A DNA stretch of 32,000 bases. It comes from Candidatus Methylomirabilis oxygeniifera (GTDB lineage Bacteria; Methylomirabilota; Methylomirabilia; Methylomirabilales; Methylomirabilaceae). The position numbers were made by a program, and so were the translations under genes. How positions within the stretch are numbered: the stretch's first letter is position 1; every line of letters begins with the position of its first letter. The stretch spans positions 1,050,001-1,082,000 of the forward strand of contig FP565575.1 in NCBI GenBank assembly GCA_000091165.1, read 5' to 3'. Under the pieces are notes generated by a model. That model saw only the letters and a list, made by a program, of their open reading frames with translations, did not search any database and had not been told where the DNA came from. Below, piece after piece: positions 24,000 through 32,000 of this stretch.

Positions 24000-24572
24000 G
24001 TGATCAGGCGGCCTGTCTTTACCCGTATTCTACTGCTCTGCCTGTTCGTTGCGGCAAGCGGCGTGGACGCGTTCGGTCCCATAAGGAGCGCTTTTGCGCA
24101 GTCGTCCCCTCTCGAATACCAGGTCAAGGCGGCCTTTCTGTATCAGTTCTCTAAATTCGTCGAGTGGCCTCCGCAGGCCTTCGGTGTCTCGCAATACACC
24201 ATCTGCATTGGCGTGGTTAACGGCGGTTCGATGGCGAGCGCGCTTCAATCGATTGAGGGCAAGGAAACGAAGGGTCGTCGGGTCGTTGTGAAACAGTTCA
24301 AGACGCCGGACGAACTGGAGTTCTGCCATATCTTGTACATCAGCCCCGCAATGGCAGGTCGATTGGCGGAGATTCTGGAGCGACTCAAAGGGACCAGCAC
24401 ATTGACGGTCAGCGACATCGACGGATTTGCCAGACGAGGCGGAATGATCAACTTTATCATGGTCGAGAACCAGATCCAGTTCGAGATCAATGTTGAGACC
24501 GCTGAGAAGGCGAATTTGCAAATCAGTTCGCATCTGCTCCGGCTGGCGCGAATCGTGCCGAGGGGACGGTAA
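24000..24572 (+). CDS. YfiR-like periplasmic protein (DUF4154)
   Basis: GTG start 4 nt after the receptor stop. It has a signal peptide and the YQVKAAFLYQFSKFVEWP motif typical of DUF4154/YfiR. Confidence 0.8.
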   Translation: MIRRPVFTRILLLCLFVAASGVDAFGPIRSAFAQSSPLEYQVKAAFLYQFSKFVEWPPQAFGVSQYTICIGVVNGGSMASALQSIEGKETKGRRVVVKQFKTPDELEFCHILYISPAMAGRLAEILERLKGTSTLTVSDIDGFARRGGMINFIMVENQIQFEINVETAEKANLQISSHLLRLARIVPRGR

Positions 24573-24573
24573 T

Positions 24574-26160
24574 ATGCCCCTGTTTCGAGATGTCCCGATC
24601 CAGAAAAAGCTGAGGCGCATTACGATACTGACCACCAGCGTCGCACTCTTGCTGACCGGCGCGGCGCTCATCGTCTACGAATTCGTGGCATACCGCTCCG
24701 TCATGACGCGTGAGTTGATGAGTATAGCCGACATCATCGGGGCGAACAGCGTAGCCGCTCTCACATTCAACGATCCGATGGCCGCCGAAGGGACGTTGTC
24801 CGCATTACGGAAGGACTCTCGGATCGCGGTGGCGGCCCTCTACACGAAGGAGGGGAGAACCTTCGCCCTCTACCGACGCCAGGTTTCGGATGGGGAGGTG
24901 ATTCCGGCCGCACCCCGCGCAGATGGAAGTGCATTCGAGGGAGGGCGCCTGATCCTCTTTCATCCGATCATCCTCGACTACGAGAAGATCGGAACATTGT
25001 ACATTCAGGCGGACACGCAAGAGGCGTACGCTCGCCTGCAAGTCAGCGTCGTGATCGTATTTGGTGTACTGCTGGCCTCCTCACTGGTCGCGCTGTATCT
25101 CGCTTCAACACTCGAGGGTGTGATCTCCAAACCGATTGTGAACCTGGCGGAGACGGCAGCCATCGTGTCGGAGAAGCAAGACTATTCGGTCCGGGTCGCC
25201 GGATCCGGTCGGGATGAGCTGGGCCGACTGATCGCCGGGTTTAATGAGATGCTGGCGCAGATCCAGCGGCGAGATGTGGCCATTCAGGAAGCGCGTGATC
25301 GACTCGAGGGCGCGGTCGAAGAGCGTACACGACAACTGCTGGAGGCGAAACAGCAGGCCGAGGAGGCGTCCCGCCACAAGTCGTTATTCCTGTCCAACAT
25401 GTCCCACGAACTCCGAACGCCGTTGAACTCGATTATCGGCTTTGCCTCGCTGCTGCAGGACCCCATCGTCAGTTCCTTACCCGAGAAGGAACTGCAGCTC
25501 ATGAGGCACATCAGTACAAGTGGGGAGCACCTTCTAGCCCTGATTAATGATCTCCTCGACATCTCCAAGGTCGAGGCGGGTAAGCTGATCCTTCAACCCC
25601 AGGCGTTTCCGCTTGGAGAGGCCATCGAGGCGGCTGTCTACACGTTCCGTCCACAAGCTGCGCAGAAGCAGCAGGATCTCGGACTGTCGATGGATCACGA
25701 CATGCCGATCATCAAGGCTGATCCTATTCGTTTCAAGCAGATCCTCTACAACCTGCTCTCCAATGCCGTCAAGTTCACACCGGTGGGCGGGAGAATCAAG
25801 GTAGCTGCGCGGATTGCTCCAGGCGTCGGGCACCAGAAGGCAGGAAGCAACGACGTGGACCCTTTACACCCGATACCCTGCACCCAATACCCTGGCGAAT
25901 GCGTCGAGATTGCCGTATCCGATACCGGGATCGGGATCAGGTGCGAGGACCTCTCCAAACTCTTTCAACTTTTCACTCAGCTTGAGCCTACACTCACTAA
26001 GCAGTTCCAGGGCACGGGTCTGGGTCTCGCCCTCACAAAGCAGCTCGTCGAGTTGCATGGGGGAACGATCGGAGCCGCATCGGAAGGCCCGGGCCGAGGC
26101 AGCACCTTTACCGTTCGGCTTCCGCTGCCCTCACCGGAGCGTCCGAAGACAGGAGGGTAA
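24574..26160 (+). CDS. Sensor histidine kinase: CHASE8-like periplasmic domain, HAMP, HisKA, HATPase
   Basis: The ATG lies 1 nt after the yfiR-like stop. N-terminus is LRRITILTTSVALLLTGAALIVYEFVAYRSVMTRELMSIADIIGANSVAALTFNDPMAAEGTLSALR (CHASE8-type as I recall it). H-box is SHELRTPLNSI, N-box is NLLSNAVKFT, and the G-boxes are DTGIGI and GTGLGLAL. Confidence 0.9.
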   Translation: MPLFRDVPIQKKLRRITILTTSVALLLTGAALIVYEFVAYRSVMTRELMSIADIIGANSVAALTFNDPMAAEGTLSALRKDSRIAVAALYTKEGRTFALYRRQVSDGEVIPAAPRADGSAFEGGRLILFHPIILDYEKIGTLYIQADTQEAYARLQVSVVIVFGVLLASSLVALYLASTLEGVISKPIVNLAETAAIVSEKQDYSVRVAGSGRDELGRLIAGFNEMLAQIQRRDVAIQEARDRLEGAVEERTRQLLEAKQQAEEASRHKSLFLSNMSHELRTPLNSIIGFASLLQDPIVSSLPEKELQLMRHISTSGEHLLALINDLLDISKVEAGKLILQPQAFPLGEAIEAAVYTFRPQAAQKQQDLGLSMDHDMPIIKADPIRFKQILYNLLSNAVKFTPVGGRIKVAARIAPGVGHQKAGSNDVDPLHPIPCTQYPGECVEIAVSDTGIGIRCEDLSKLFQLFTQLEPTLTKQFQGTGLGLALTKQLVELHGGTIGAASEGPGRGSTFTVRLPLPSPERPKTGG

Positions 26161-26161
26161 T

Positions 26162-26542
26162 ATGGCACAAGGCAAGATTCTCGTCGTGGAGGATAATCCA
26201 CTCAATCGGGAGATGATCATCACGGTTCTGGAAGCGTACGGTTACACCGTCCTCGAGGCGGAGGACGGCCTTGGGCTCATGGAGCGGGTGAAGGCCGAGC
26301 GGCCGGGTCTGATCATCATGGACTTGCAACTTCCCAAAATCGACGGCTTTGCCCTTACCAGGAATCTGAAGGCCGATGCCTCGACGCGGGATATCCCCGT
26401 CGTCGCCGCCAGCGCCTTTGCCAAGAGTGAAGATCAAGCGCTGGCGCTGGATGCCGGCTGCGCCTTCTTCCTGACCAAGCCCCTCGATTTGACGGTCCTG
26501 CTTCAGACCGTCGCGAGATTTTTACCACAAGGCGCGACGTAA
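26162..26542 (+). CDS. Single-domain response regulator (CheY-like receiver)
   Basis: The ATG lies 1 nt after the kinase stop. The product is MAQGKILVVEDNPLNREMI...LIIMDLQLPKIDG...LTKPLDL, with no output domain. Confidence 0.9.
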   Translation: MAQGKILVVEDNPLNREMIITVLEAYGYTVLEAEDGLGLMERVKAERPGLIIMDLQLPKIDGFALTRNLKADASTRDIPVVAASAFAKSEDQALALDAGCAFFLTKPLDLTVLLQTVARFLPQGAT

Positions 26543-26559
26543 CCAGTCTAACGCCTCAC

Positions 26560-26646
26560 AAGTTCGGTTCCGAATGTGACGCCTGCTTCAGTAAACCCAT
26601 CAACCCCTCGATGTTGATTGACGTCGTCGTCCGCTTGATTTCTTGA
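26560..26646 (+). pseudogene. Relic of a receiver-domain C-terminus
   Basis: A frame ending in TGA (26644-26646) reads KFGSECDACFSKPINPSMLIDVVVRLIS*, the alpha4-beta5-alpha5 end of a receiver (xDxxxxKPI). It has no start codon and no preceding receiver sequence. Confidence 0.4.
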
Positions 26647-26664
26647 CGCTACCTACCTTATAAT
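26635..26664 (+). promoter_or_regulatory. Candidate sigma70 promoter for the zinc-ribbon/thioredoxin/cytochrome gene string
   Basis: TTGATT, an 18-nt spacer, then TATAAT, about 88 nt upstream of the ATG at 26752. Confidence 0.3.
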
Positions 26665-26751
26665 CAATCGCTTTTTTCGTTTAAGCCCATTGTGCAGTTC
26701 TGATCGCCGACACGTTCTTTCTGGCGATAATTATGCGAAGGGGGAAGACTG

Positions 26752-26916
26752 ATGCCCAGCTATGATTTGAAGTGTGTAAACTGCGGCAAGAAATTTTCAC
26801 TGACCATGACTATTAAGGAGCGGGGGACCAAGCGGCTGAAATGCCCGAAATGCGGAGCCGGCAAACCGGAGCCCATCTTCTCGACCTTTTTCGCCAAAAC
26901 CTCGCGTAAGAGCTGA
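26752..26916 (+). CDS. FmdB-family CxxC...CxxC zinc-ribbon protein (54 aa, below the ORF-track cutoff)
   Basis: GAAGGGGGAAG lies before the ATG. The product is MPSYDLKCVNCGKKFSLTMTIKERGTKRLKCPKCGAGKPEPIFSTFFAKTSRKS*. Confidence 0.75.
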   Translation: MPSYDLKCVNCGKKFSLTMTIKERGTKRLKCPKCGAGKPEPIFSTFFAKTSRKS

Positions 26917-26965
26917 GGTGACGCATGATCCTGGTGACGGGCGCCGGCGGGTGAGGAGTGGAGGA

Positions 26966-27571
26966 GTGACGAGCAACCGACAGAATCTGAAGCAATGCGC
27001 CAGGGGATTGACCGCACTGGCGCTCGGATGTATCCTGCTCGCCTCCCCGACGAGCGTCCTCAGCGCAGGCCGAGAAACCCTCCACCTGGATAGTGAGTTG
27101 GAGTCTCTTGGATTTATCAAGCTCCAGAACGATCCCAAGGCGCCCGACTTTACGCTCCAGGACGTGTCGGGAAAGTCGGTTCGGCTGGCTGACCATCGCG
27201 GTAAAATTGTCTTCCTGACCTTCTGGACAACCTGGTGAGGCTACTGCCTGAGGGAGTTTCCCTCAATCGAGCGTCTCTATCAACAGTTTAAGAAGAAAGA
27301 TTTCATCGTGCTGGCGGTCAATATCGGCGAGTCGGCCGATCGGATCCAACAATATATGCTGAAGCATAAGCTCACCTTTCCCTCGCTGGTGGACCCCTCG
27401 TCAAGCGTCGCCAACCTGTACGGGGTTCGCGCGACGCCTACCCGGTATCTGATTAATCGCGACGGGACGGCTATGGCAGGGAGCATCGGGCCAAGGGACT
27501 GGGCGGGTGAAGATGCGCAGAGGCTGATCGAAATTCTTTTGGAGACCGGCAAAGCGCTCCGTAAGGGATAA
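26966..27571 (+). CDS. TlpA/ResA/CcmG-like thiol:disulfide oxidoreductase with in-frame TGA (27236-27238) at the first redox Cys position; candidate selenoprotein (UxxC)
   Basis: ORFs 26918-27238 and 27308-27571 are in the same frame. Readthrough gives ...APDFTLQDVSGKSVRLADHRGKIVFLTFWTTW-U-GYCLREFPSIERLYQQFKKKDFIVLAVNIGE...YGVRATPTRYLINRDG. A signal peptide is present (LTALALGCILLASPTSVLSA). The start is uncertain: GTG at 26966 follows GAGGAG, and 26918 or 26951 are also possible. Confidence 0.7.
27249..27265 (+). promoter_or_regulatory. SECIS-like hairpin downstream of the in-frame TGA
   Basis: TGAGGGA-GTT-TCCCTCA is a 7-bp perfect stem starting 10 nt after the TGA, with G-U in the apical loop. 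This is the position and shape expected of a bacterial SECIS. Confidence 0.5.
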
Positions 27572-27653
27572 GCACCGGAAGTGACGGCTGCCGGCCATAC
27601 CCTGGAAGGCACGGATTATCGTTCATCTACATAAGAACCTGAAGCGACTGAAT

Positions 27654-28979
27654 ATGAAGCGGCTGTTCCTGTGTGTCGCTATAATAAGCGTATGTTTTGG
27701 GCTTTCCGCCGGCGTATCGGCGATGGGCGACCAACCGCCGGTTGCCGATGACCGCATCCAACGCGAGTTTCTCACGAACCATTGGCAGACGCCTATCCCG
27801 CCTCAAGGGAAGCCTCCGGCACATTTTTCGTCGATCGAGGGATCGCTTGACCCGGAAAGTTGCGGCGTCTGTCATCGGGCTCCGTATGAGGACTGGGGCA
27901 ACAGCCTTCATAGTAAGAGCATGGGACCGGGCGTTGTGGGCCAGACGATGGAGCTGATCCACGACAATCCCAAGATGGCGCTCCTGTGCTACAGTTGTCA
28001 TGCGCCTCTTACCGAGCAGCAGGAGAAGGTCGTGAAACAAAAAGGCGGCACCCCCTCTCGAGTGAAGAAGCGGCACCGCCCGTCGGCCTTGCCGTTGAAC
28101 GCTTCAGAAGATGGGGAGAGTGATGAGTTGACATTCAAAACCAATCACGCCTTTTCCGCCTCGCTGCAACAAAAGGGCTTGAGTTGCACCGGATGCCACG
28201 TGCGGAGGCACCAGCGTTTCGGGCCGCCAAAGCGGGACGGCTCGATCGAGAATTCCGCTTCCGCAGCGCAGGTCCCGCACGGCGACGCCATCAGAACGAC
28301 GGCCTTTGAACGAGCCGAATTCTGTAAAGGCTGCCACCAGTTCGAGCCGAACGGGTATGCCTTGAACGGCAAGCTGCTCGAAAATACCTATAACGAATGG
28401 AGAGAGGGGCCGTATGCGCGGGAAGGGAAAAGCTGCCAGAGCTGCCATATGCCGGAGCGTCGGCACCTGTGGCGAGGGATCCATGATCCAGAGATGGTGA
28501 AGCAAGGCGTATCCGTGCGCCTTGCACTGGACAAGGAGCGCTATCAGGTCGGCGAGCAACTTCGCGCTGGGATCACGCTGGTCAATACCGGGGTTGGTCA
28601 TGATTTCCCGACCTACGTGACGCCGAAGATCATCGTCCGATTTGAGTTGACAGACGCGGACGGCAAGCAGATAGGTAAGAGTGCGCAAGAGGAACGGATC
28701 GGACGGGAGGTTACACTTGATCTGACGCAAGAGATCTTTGACACCAGGATTGCGCCGGGTAAAAGCCGTACTGTCCGCTATGTCAGAGCGATCGATCGAA
28801 CAGGACTCACGTTGCGCGCGTCCGTTATCGTTGTACCTGATGATTTCTACATCCAGTTTTTCGAAGCGACCGCGCCGAAGGCTAAAGGGAAGGAGGCCCG
28901 GGCGCTGCTTGAGCAGGCTGCCCGTGAGGGACGGGCGCGATCCTTTCTACTGTTTACGGAGAACGTGGTAGTGTCGTAA
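27654..28979 (+). CDS. Secreted pentaheme c-type cytochrome (cytochrome c554-like multiheme family) with a non-heme C-terminal domain
   Basis: It has a signal peptide and five CxxCH motifs: CGVCH, CYSCH, CTGCH, CKGCH, CQSCH. The contexts CGVCHRAPYEDWGNSLHS and NTYNEW...CQSCHMP are typical of multiheme families. Confidence 0.85.
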   Translation: MKRLFLCVAIISVCFGLSAGVSAMGDQPPVADDRIQREFLTNHWQTPIPPQGKPPAHFSSIEGSLDPESCGVCHRAPYEDWGNSLHSKSMGPGVVGQTMELIHDNPKMALLCYSCHAPLTEQQEKVVKQKGGTPSRVKKRHRPSALPLNASEDGESDELTFKTNHAFSASLQQKGLSCTGCHVRRHQRFGPPKRDGSIENSASAAQVPHGDAIRTTAFERAEFCKGCHQFEPNGYALNGKLLENTYNEWREGPYAREGKSCQSCHMPERRHLWRGIHDPEMVKQGVSVRLALDKERYQVGEQLRAGITLVNTGVGHDFPTYVTPKIIVRFELTDADGKQIGKSAQEERIGREVTLDLTQEIFDTRIAPGKSRTVRYVRAIDRTGLTLRASVIVVPDDFYIQFFEATAPKAKGKEARALLEQAAREGRARSFLLFTENVVVS

Positions 28980-29029
28980 AGCAGCGGATAGCTCATAGCT
29001 AAGCGCTGATAGCTGATTAGTGGAGGAGC

Positions 29030-30544
29030 GTGGTGAAAGTTCTGTTGGTGCACCCAAGTTCCTTGATGTACGCTGAGATCTTCCTTCGGCTGGAGCCGCT
29101 GGGATTGGAGCGGGTGGCTCAGGCCGCCAGAATGGCCGGCCACGAGGTCAGGCTCTTCGACCTGCAGGTCTTTCGCCGTGAAGACTACCTGCAGGAACTC
29201 CAAGATTTCCGCCCTCAGACCGTCGGGTTGTCCCTGAATTTTTTAGCCAATCTTCCGGAGGTAGTAGAACTCGCCAAGGAGACCAAGCGCCTCCTGCCCG
29301 CGTGCTTTGTGTTCGTTGGGGGCCATAGCGCCTCCTTTATCCCGCAGGAGTTGCTCGATCATGCCGAAGGTGCGATCGACTGCATCGTCCGTGGGGAAGG
29401 AGAGCCGATTACGCCGCCGTTGCTCGAAGCCATCCAGGATGGAGGGCTCGAAACGCTCCCAGGGGTCGTAACCGCTCGCGGTGTCGGGCCTCCGCCGCTG
29501 ATGCTCCACGACCTGGATCGCACACTGCCGGCCAGGGACCTTGCCCGCCGCCGACATAAATACTTCATTGGTGTCCTGGATCCCTGCGCGTCGATTGAGT
29601 TTACGCGCGGCTGCCCTTGGGACTGTTCGTTTTGCAGCGCATGGACCTTCTACGGTCGAAGCTACCGCAAGGTCTCTCCCGAGGTCGTGGGGGAGGACCT
29701 GGCCAGGATTCAAGAACCTAACGCCTTCATCGTGGACGATGTAGCCTTCATCCATCCGGAGGACGGGATGGCGATCGGCCGGGAGATCGAGCGTCGAGGG
29801 ATTCGCAAGCAGTACTACCTGGAGACCCGATGTGATGTGTTGCTCCGCAATCAAGAGGTCTTCGCCTACTGGAAACGACTCGGGCTTCGGTATATGTTTC
29901 TCGGCCTGGAGGCCCTCGACGCGGAAGGCCTGAAGGCGATTCGGAAGCGGGCCACGCCCAGCGAGAATTTTCAGGCCCTGGAGGTGGCGCGGAAGCTGGG
30001 ATTCACGGTGGCCCTCAACATCATCGCCGATTCCGGCTGGGACGAGGAGCGGTTCCGGGTCATTCGCGAGTGGGCCGCCGGTGTCCCCGAGATCGTCCAC
30101 GTGACCGTAAACACCCCGTACCCCGGGACGGAGACCTGGTACACGGAGTCGAGGAAGCTGACCTCGCTCGACTACCGATTGTTCGACGTCCAGCATGCCG
30201 TCCTGCCGACGACGCTGCCGTTGAAGCGGTTTTATGAAGAGCTGGTTAAGACCCAGGCGGTGTTGAATCGAAAGCACCTGGGCTGGGCCGCGGTCAGAGG
30301 GACCTTCTCCACCGCGTCCAGGTTACTCATGCAGGGTCAGACGAACTTCGTTCGGATGCTCTGGAAGTTCTCGCAGGTGTACAATCCGGACCGGCAGTAC
30401 GGCGATCACTTGAAAGAGGTGAAATATGTCTTGACGCCGCCGCCGGACAAACAGCCGATCAAGCCGACGCCGGCCAAGCTGTTCGTTCATGCGCAAGCGT
30501 CGGTTGGACCGCGAGCGGCGCACGCCGAGGGGTCTGCCGGGTGA
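29030..30544 (+). CDS. B12-binding-domain radical SAM enzyme (class B); resembles hopanoid C-3 methylase HpnR
   Basis: GGAGGAGCG lies before GTGGTG. The N-terminal cobalamin-binding domain is VLLVHPSSLMYAEIFLRLEPLGLERVAQAARMAGHEVRLFDLQ. The radical SAM motif is FTRGCPWDCSFCSAW (CxxxCxxC). The HpnR assignment rests on my memory of the N-terminal signature only. Confidence 0.8.
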   Translation: MVKVLLVHPSSLMYAEIFLRLEPLGLERVAQAARMAGHEVRLFDLQVFRREDYLQELQDFRPQTVGLSLNFLANLPEVVELAKETKRLLPACFVFVGGHSASFIPQELLDHAEGAIDCIVRGEGEPITPPLLEAIQDGGLETLPGVVTARGVGPPPLMLHDLDRTLPARDLARRRHKYFIGVLDPCASIEFTRGCPWDCSFCSAWTFYGRSYRKVSPEVVGEDLARIQEPNAFIVDDVAFIHPEDGMAIGREIERRGIRKQYYLETRCDVLLRNQEVFAYWKRLGLRYMFLGLEALDAEGLKAIRKRATPSENFQALEVARKLGFTVALNIIADSGWDEERFRVIREWAAGVPEIVHVTVNTPYPGTETWYTESRKLTSLDYRLFDVQHAVLPTTLPLKRFYEELVKTQAVLNRKHLGWAAVRGTFSTASRLLMQGQTNFVRMLWKFSQVYNPDRQYGDHLKEVKYVLTPPPDKQPIKPTPAKLFVHAQASVGPRAAHAEGSAG

Positions 30545-30592
30545 TAAGGCCTTGTCGCGTGAAGAGGCGACACTGATAAGGAGGAACGGTAC

Positions 30593-31804
30593 GTGAAAAG
30601 GCAATTCATCGCGTTTGCGGTCGTGACGCTGCTGGCCGCAGGGCTGGCGTTGGCTTCCGAATGGTACATGAGCCACGATCACTGGTACGCCAAGGAACCG
30701 GAAAAGGACTTCGCCCTGGCGAGGCTCATCGCCGACATTCGGGCGGCCACATCGCGGTACCAGGATCTGGAGCAGGCCAAGGCGGATGGGTATACGCAGA
30801 TATCGGGGAATGTGCCGTTAGAGGGCTACCATTTTCGCAAGGCGGCTATCACGCAATTTGACTATTTTCATCCTTCCACGCTCCTCTATACCGAAAGGGA
30901 GGGGCGCTGGCAACTGGTTGCGCTGAAATATACAGCCCCAGGTGCCCGTCCCGCCGAGAGCCCGTTTCAGGGAATCGAGTGGGAACGGAGTCTGGCGATC
31001 TGCCGCTATGCGGACGGGCAGGAGTCTCGATCGCCCTCCGCTGAAAGCTGCCCTCAGGTTCATCCTGACAGTAAAAGCGCATTTACTGCCTGGTATCCGG
31101 ATACGTGGGTGATCCGTCTCTGGATCTGGTATCCGAATCCGTACGGATTATTCGCAAGCATGAACCCTCTTCTGGCGCCGTTCGATGATCACACCATCCC
31201 GCCGGACGAAGCCGGAAGCTGGGAGACATGGCAAGCGCATACGGAGTTCTCGAACTTTAACCATCACTTCTCAGGATGGCTGGTACTCGTCATGGGGATG
31301 GCGATGACAGGCTCGGCCCTGTGGGGAGGTCAGAAGTCCAAGTATGCGCATCTCTGGCCGCTGATGACGCTGGGCGTCGCGTTATTCATCCTGTATCGGA
31401 GCGATCCGGAGTATTGGCCGTTTGGCCCGCGGACGCTGACCGAACTCCTGGGTGACCGGGAGGCTATCGAGCATAAGCTGTCGGGTGTCATCGTCCTTGC
31501 TATGGGATCCGTAGAATGGCTGCGGGCGCGCGGAATATTCAGCCATTGGCTGTGGGGCATGATCTTTCCATGGCTGGCCATCATGGGGGGAGTGACCCTG
31601 TTGTTCCATCTCCATCCCATCAGTAACTTCAACTACGTCGGGCGAGCCAATTCGCCCCACACAACCGAGGGGATCACCGCGATCCTGGCCGGCATGACGT
31701 ACCTCCTCGGATCGTTGGGGATCATGAAACAACGTTGGTGGGGGTTGGTTCCGGCGCTCTTTGTCATCCTGATGGGCGTGCAGCTTATCGTCTACGTCGA
31801 GTAG
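30593..31804 (+). CDS. Membrane protein: secreted N-terminal domain plus six-helix C-terminal domain with a threefold H-x3-G-x6-G repeat
   Basis: AGGAGG plus 8 nt lies before the GTG. It has a signal peptide (VVTLLAAGLALASE). The C-terminal TM helices start with NHHFSGWLVLVMG, EHKLSGVIVLAMG and PHTTEGITAILAG. I recognise no family. Confidence 0.7.
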   Translation: MKRQFIAFAVVTLLAAGLALASEWYMSHDHWYAKEPEKDFALARLIADIRAATSRYQDLEQAKADGYTQISGNVPLEGYHFRKAAITQFDYFHPSTLLYTEREGRWQLVALKYTAPGARPAESPFQGIEWERSLAICRYADGQESRSPSAESCPQVHPDSKSAFTAWYPDTWVIRLWIWYPNPYGLFASMNPLLAPFDDHTIPPDEAGSWETWQAHTEFSNFNHHFSGWLVLVMGMAMTGSALWGGQKSKYAHLWPLMTLGVALFILYRSDPEYWPFGPRTLTELLGDREAIEHKLSGVIVLAMGSVEWLRARGIFSHWLWGMIFPWLAIMGGVTLLFHLHPISNFNYVGRANSPHTTEGITAILAGMTYLLGSLGIMKQRWWGLVPALFVILMGVQLIVYVE

Positions 31805-31820
31805 AAGCGAGACGTGGGTT

Positions 31821-32000
31821 CTATTTCTTCTTCCACGTTCCGTTGGATTCGGTGCGTCGCTTCAGGCTTAATAGCGCGTCGGACAAATCCTGCTTGATCA
31901 GCGCATCTTCCAGAAATCTAGGAAGAAACATGCCGCTGTCCACGGTAGTGCTGTAGCGAAGCATGGTCCTGCCCTGACTGTACGGGAGGAACTCCCAGGT
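31821..32000 (-). CDS. SRPBCC (polyketide cyclase/dehydrase-like) protein, C-terminal 59 codons only
   Basis: The reverse frame is open to the window edge and ends at TAG (31821-31823). It reads TWEFLPYSQGRTMLRYSTTVDSGMFLPRFLEDALIKQDLSDALLSLKRRTESNGTWKKK*, which resembles the C-terminal strands and helix of SRPBCC proteins. Confidence 0.5.
   Translation of the reverse strand, partial: TWEFLPYSQGRTMLRYSTTVDSGMFLPRFLEDALIKQDLSDALLSLKRRTESNGTWKKK

Noticed and set aside
25814-26161. N-terminal 116-aa extension of the response regulator ORF, and the 24490-24573 extension of the kinase ORF
   Set aside because: Both extensions overlap the preceding well-supported genes in another frame. The internal ATGs at 26162 and 24574 give canonical protein N-termini and 1-nt intergenic spacing.

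Overview
Visibly GC-rich bacterial chromosomal window, gene-dense on both strands. I found no rRNA, tRNA, CRISPR array or intact transposase or integrase. Layout, left to right:
(1) 1-5991, accessory 'junkyard'. It holds three type II toxin-antitoxin modules (one toxin carries an amber mutation), an IPTL-CTERM surface protein with autotransporter-type beta-strand repeats, a lower-GC orphan membrane protein, and relics of a transposase HTH and of a repeat protein.
(2) 5992-14561, minus-strand housekeeping block: UPF0182 membrane protein, BioF-like aminotransferase, Kef-type K+/H+ antiporter, an internally deleted second bioF copy, and alpha-glucan phosphorylase.
(3) A small EF-Tu-domain-like protein, a TetR-MFP-RND efflux operon, an HTH/Zn-ribbon regulator and queF.
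(4) A TonB-dependent receptor, YfiR(DUF4154), CHASE8 histidine kinase and response regulator module.
(5) An FmdB zinc ribbon, a TlpA-like thioredoxin whose redox Cys is replaced by an in-frame TGA (candidate selenocysteine with a downstream SECIS-like hairpin), a pentaheme c-type cytochrome, a B12-binding radical SAM enzyme (HpnR-like) and a six-helix membrane protein.
Most notable observations: the 3' end of the UPF0182 gene is present in three nested copies, and each pair brackets exactly one TA cassette, which suggests serial insertion at one site. The thioredoxin-fold ORF is split by the candidate selenocysteine codon. A partial bioF duplication flanks the kef gene. Taxonomy cannot be fixed from the window. 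The content (Sec usage, multiheme cytochrome, HpnR-like enzyme, IPTL-CTERM) would fit an NC10, Nitrospirota or delta-proteobacteria-like environmental lineage, but that is a guess.
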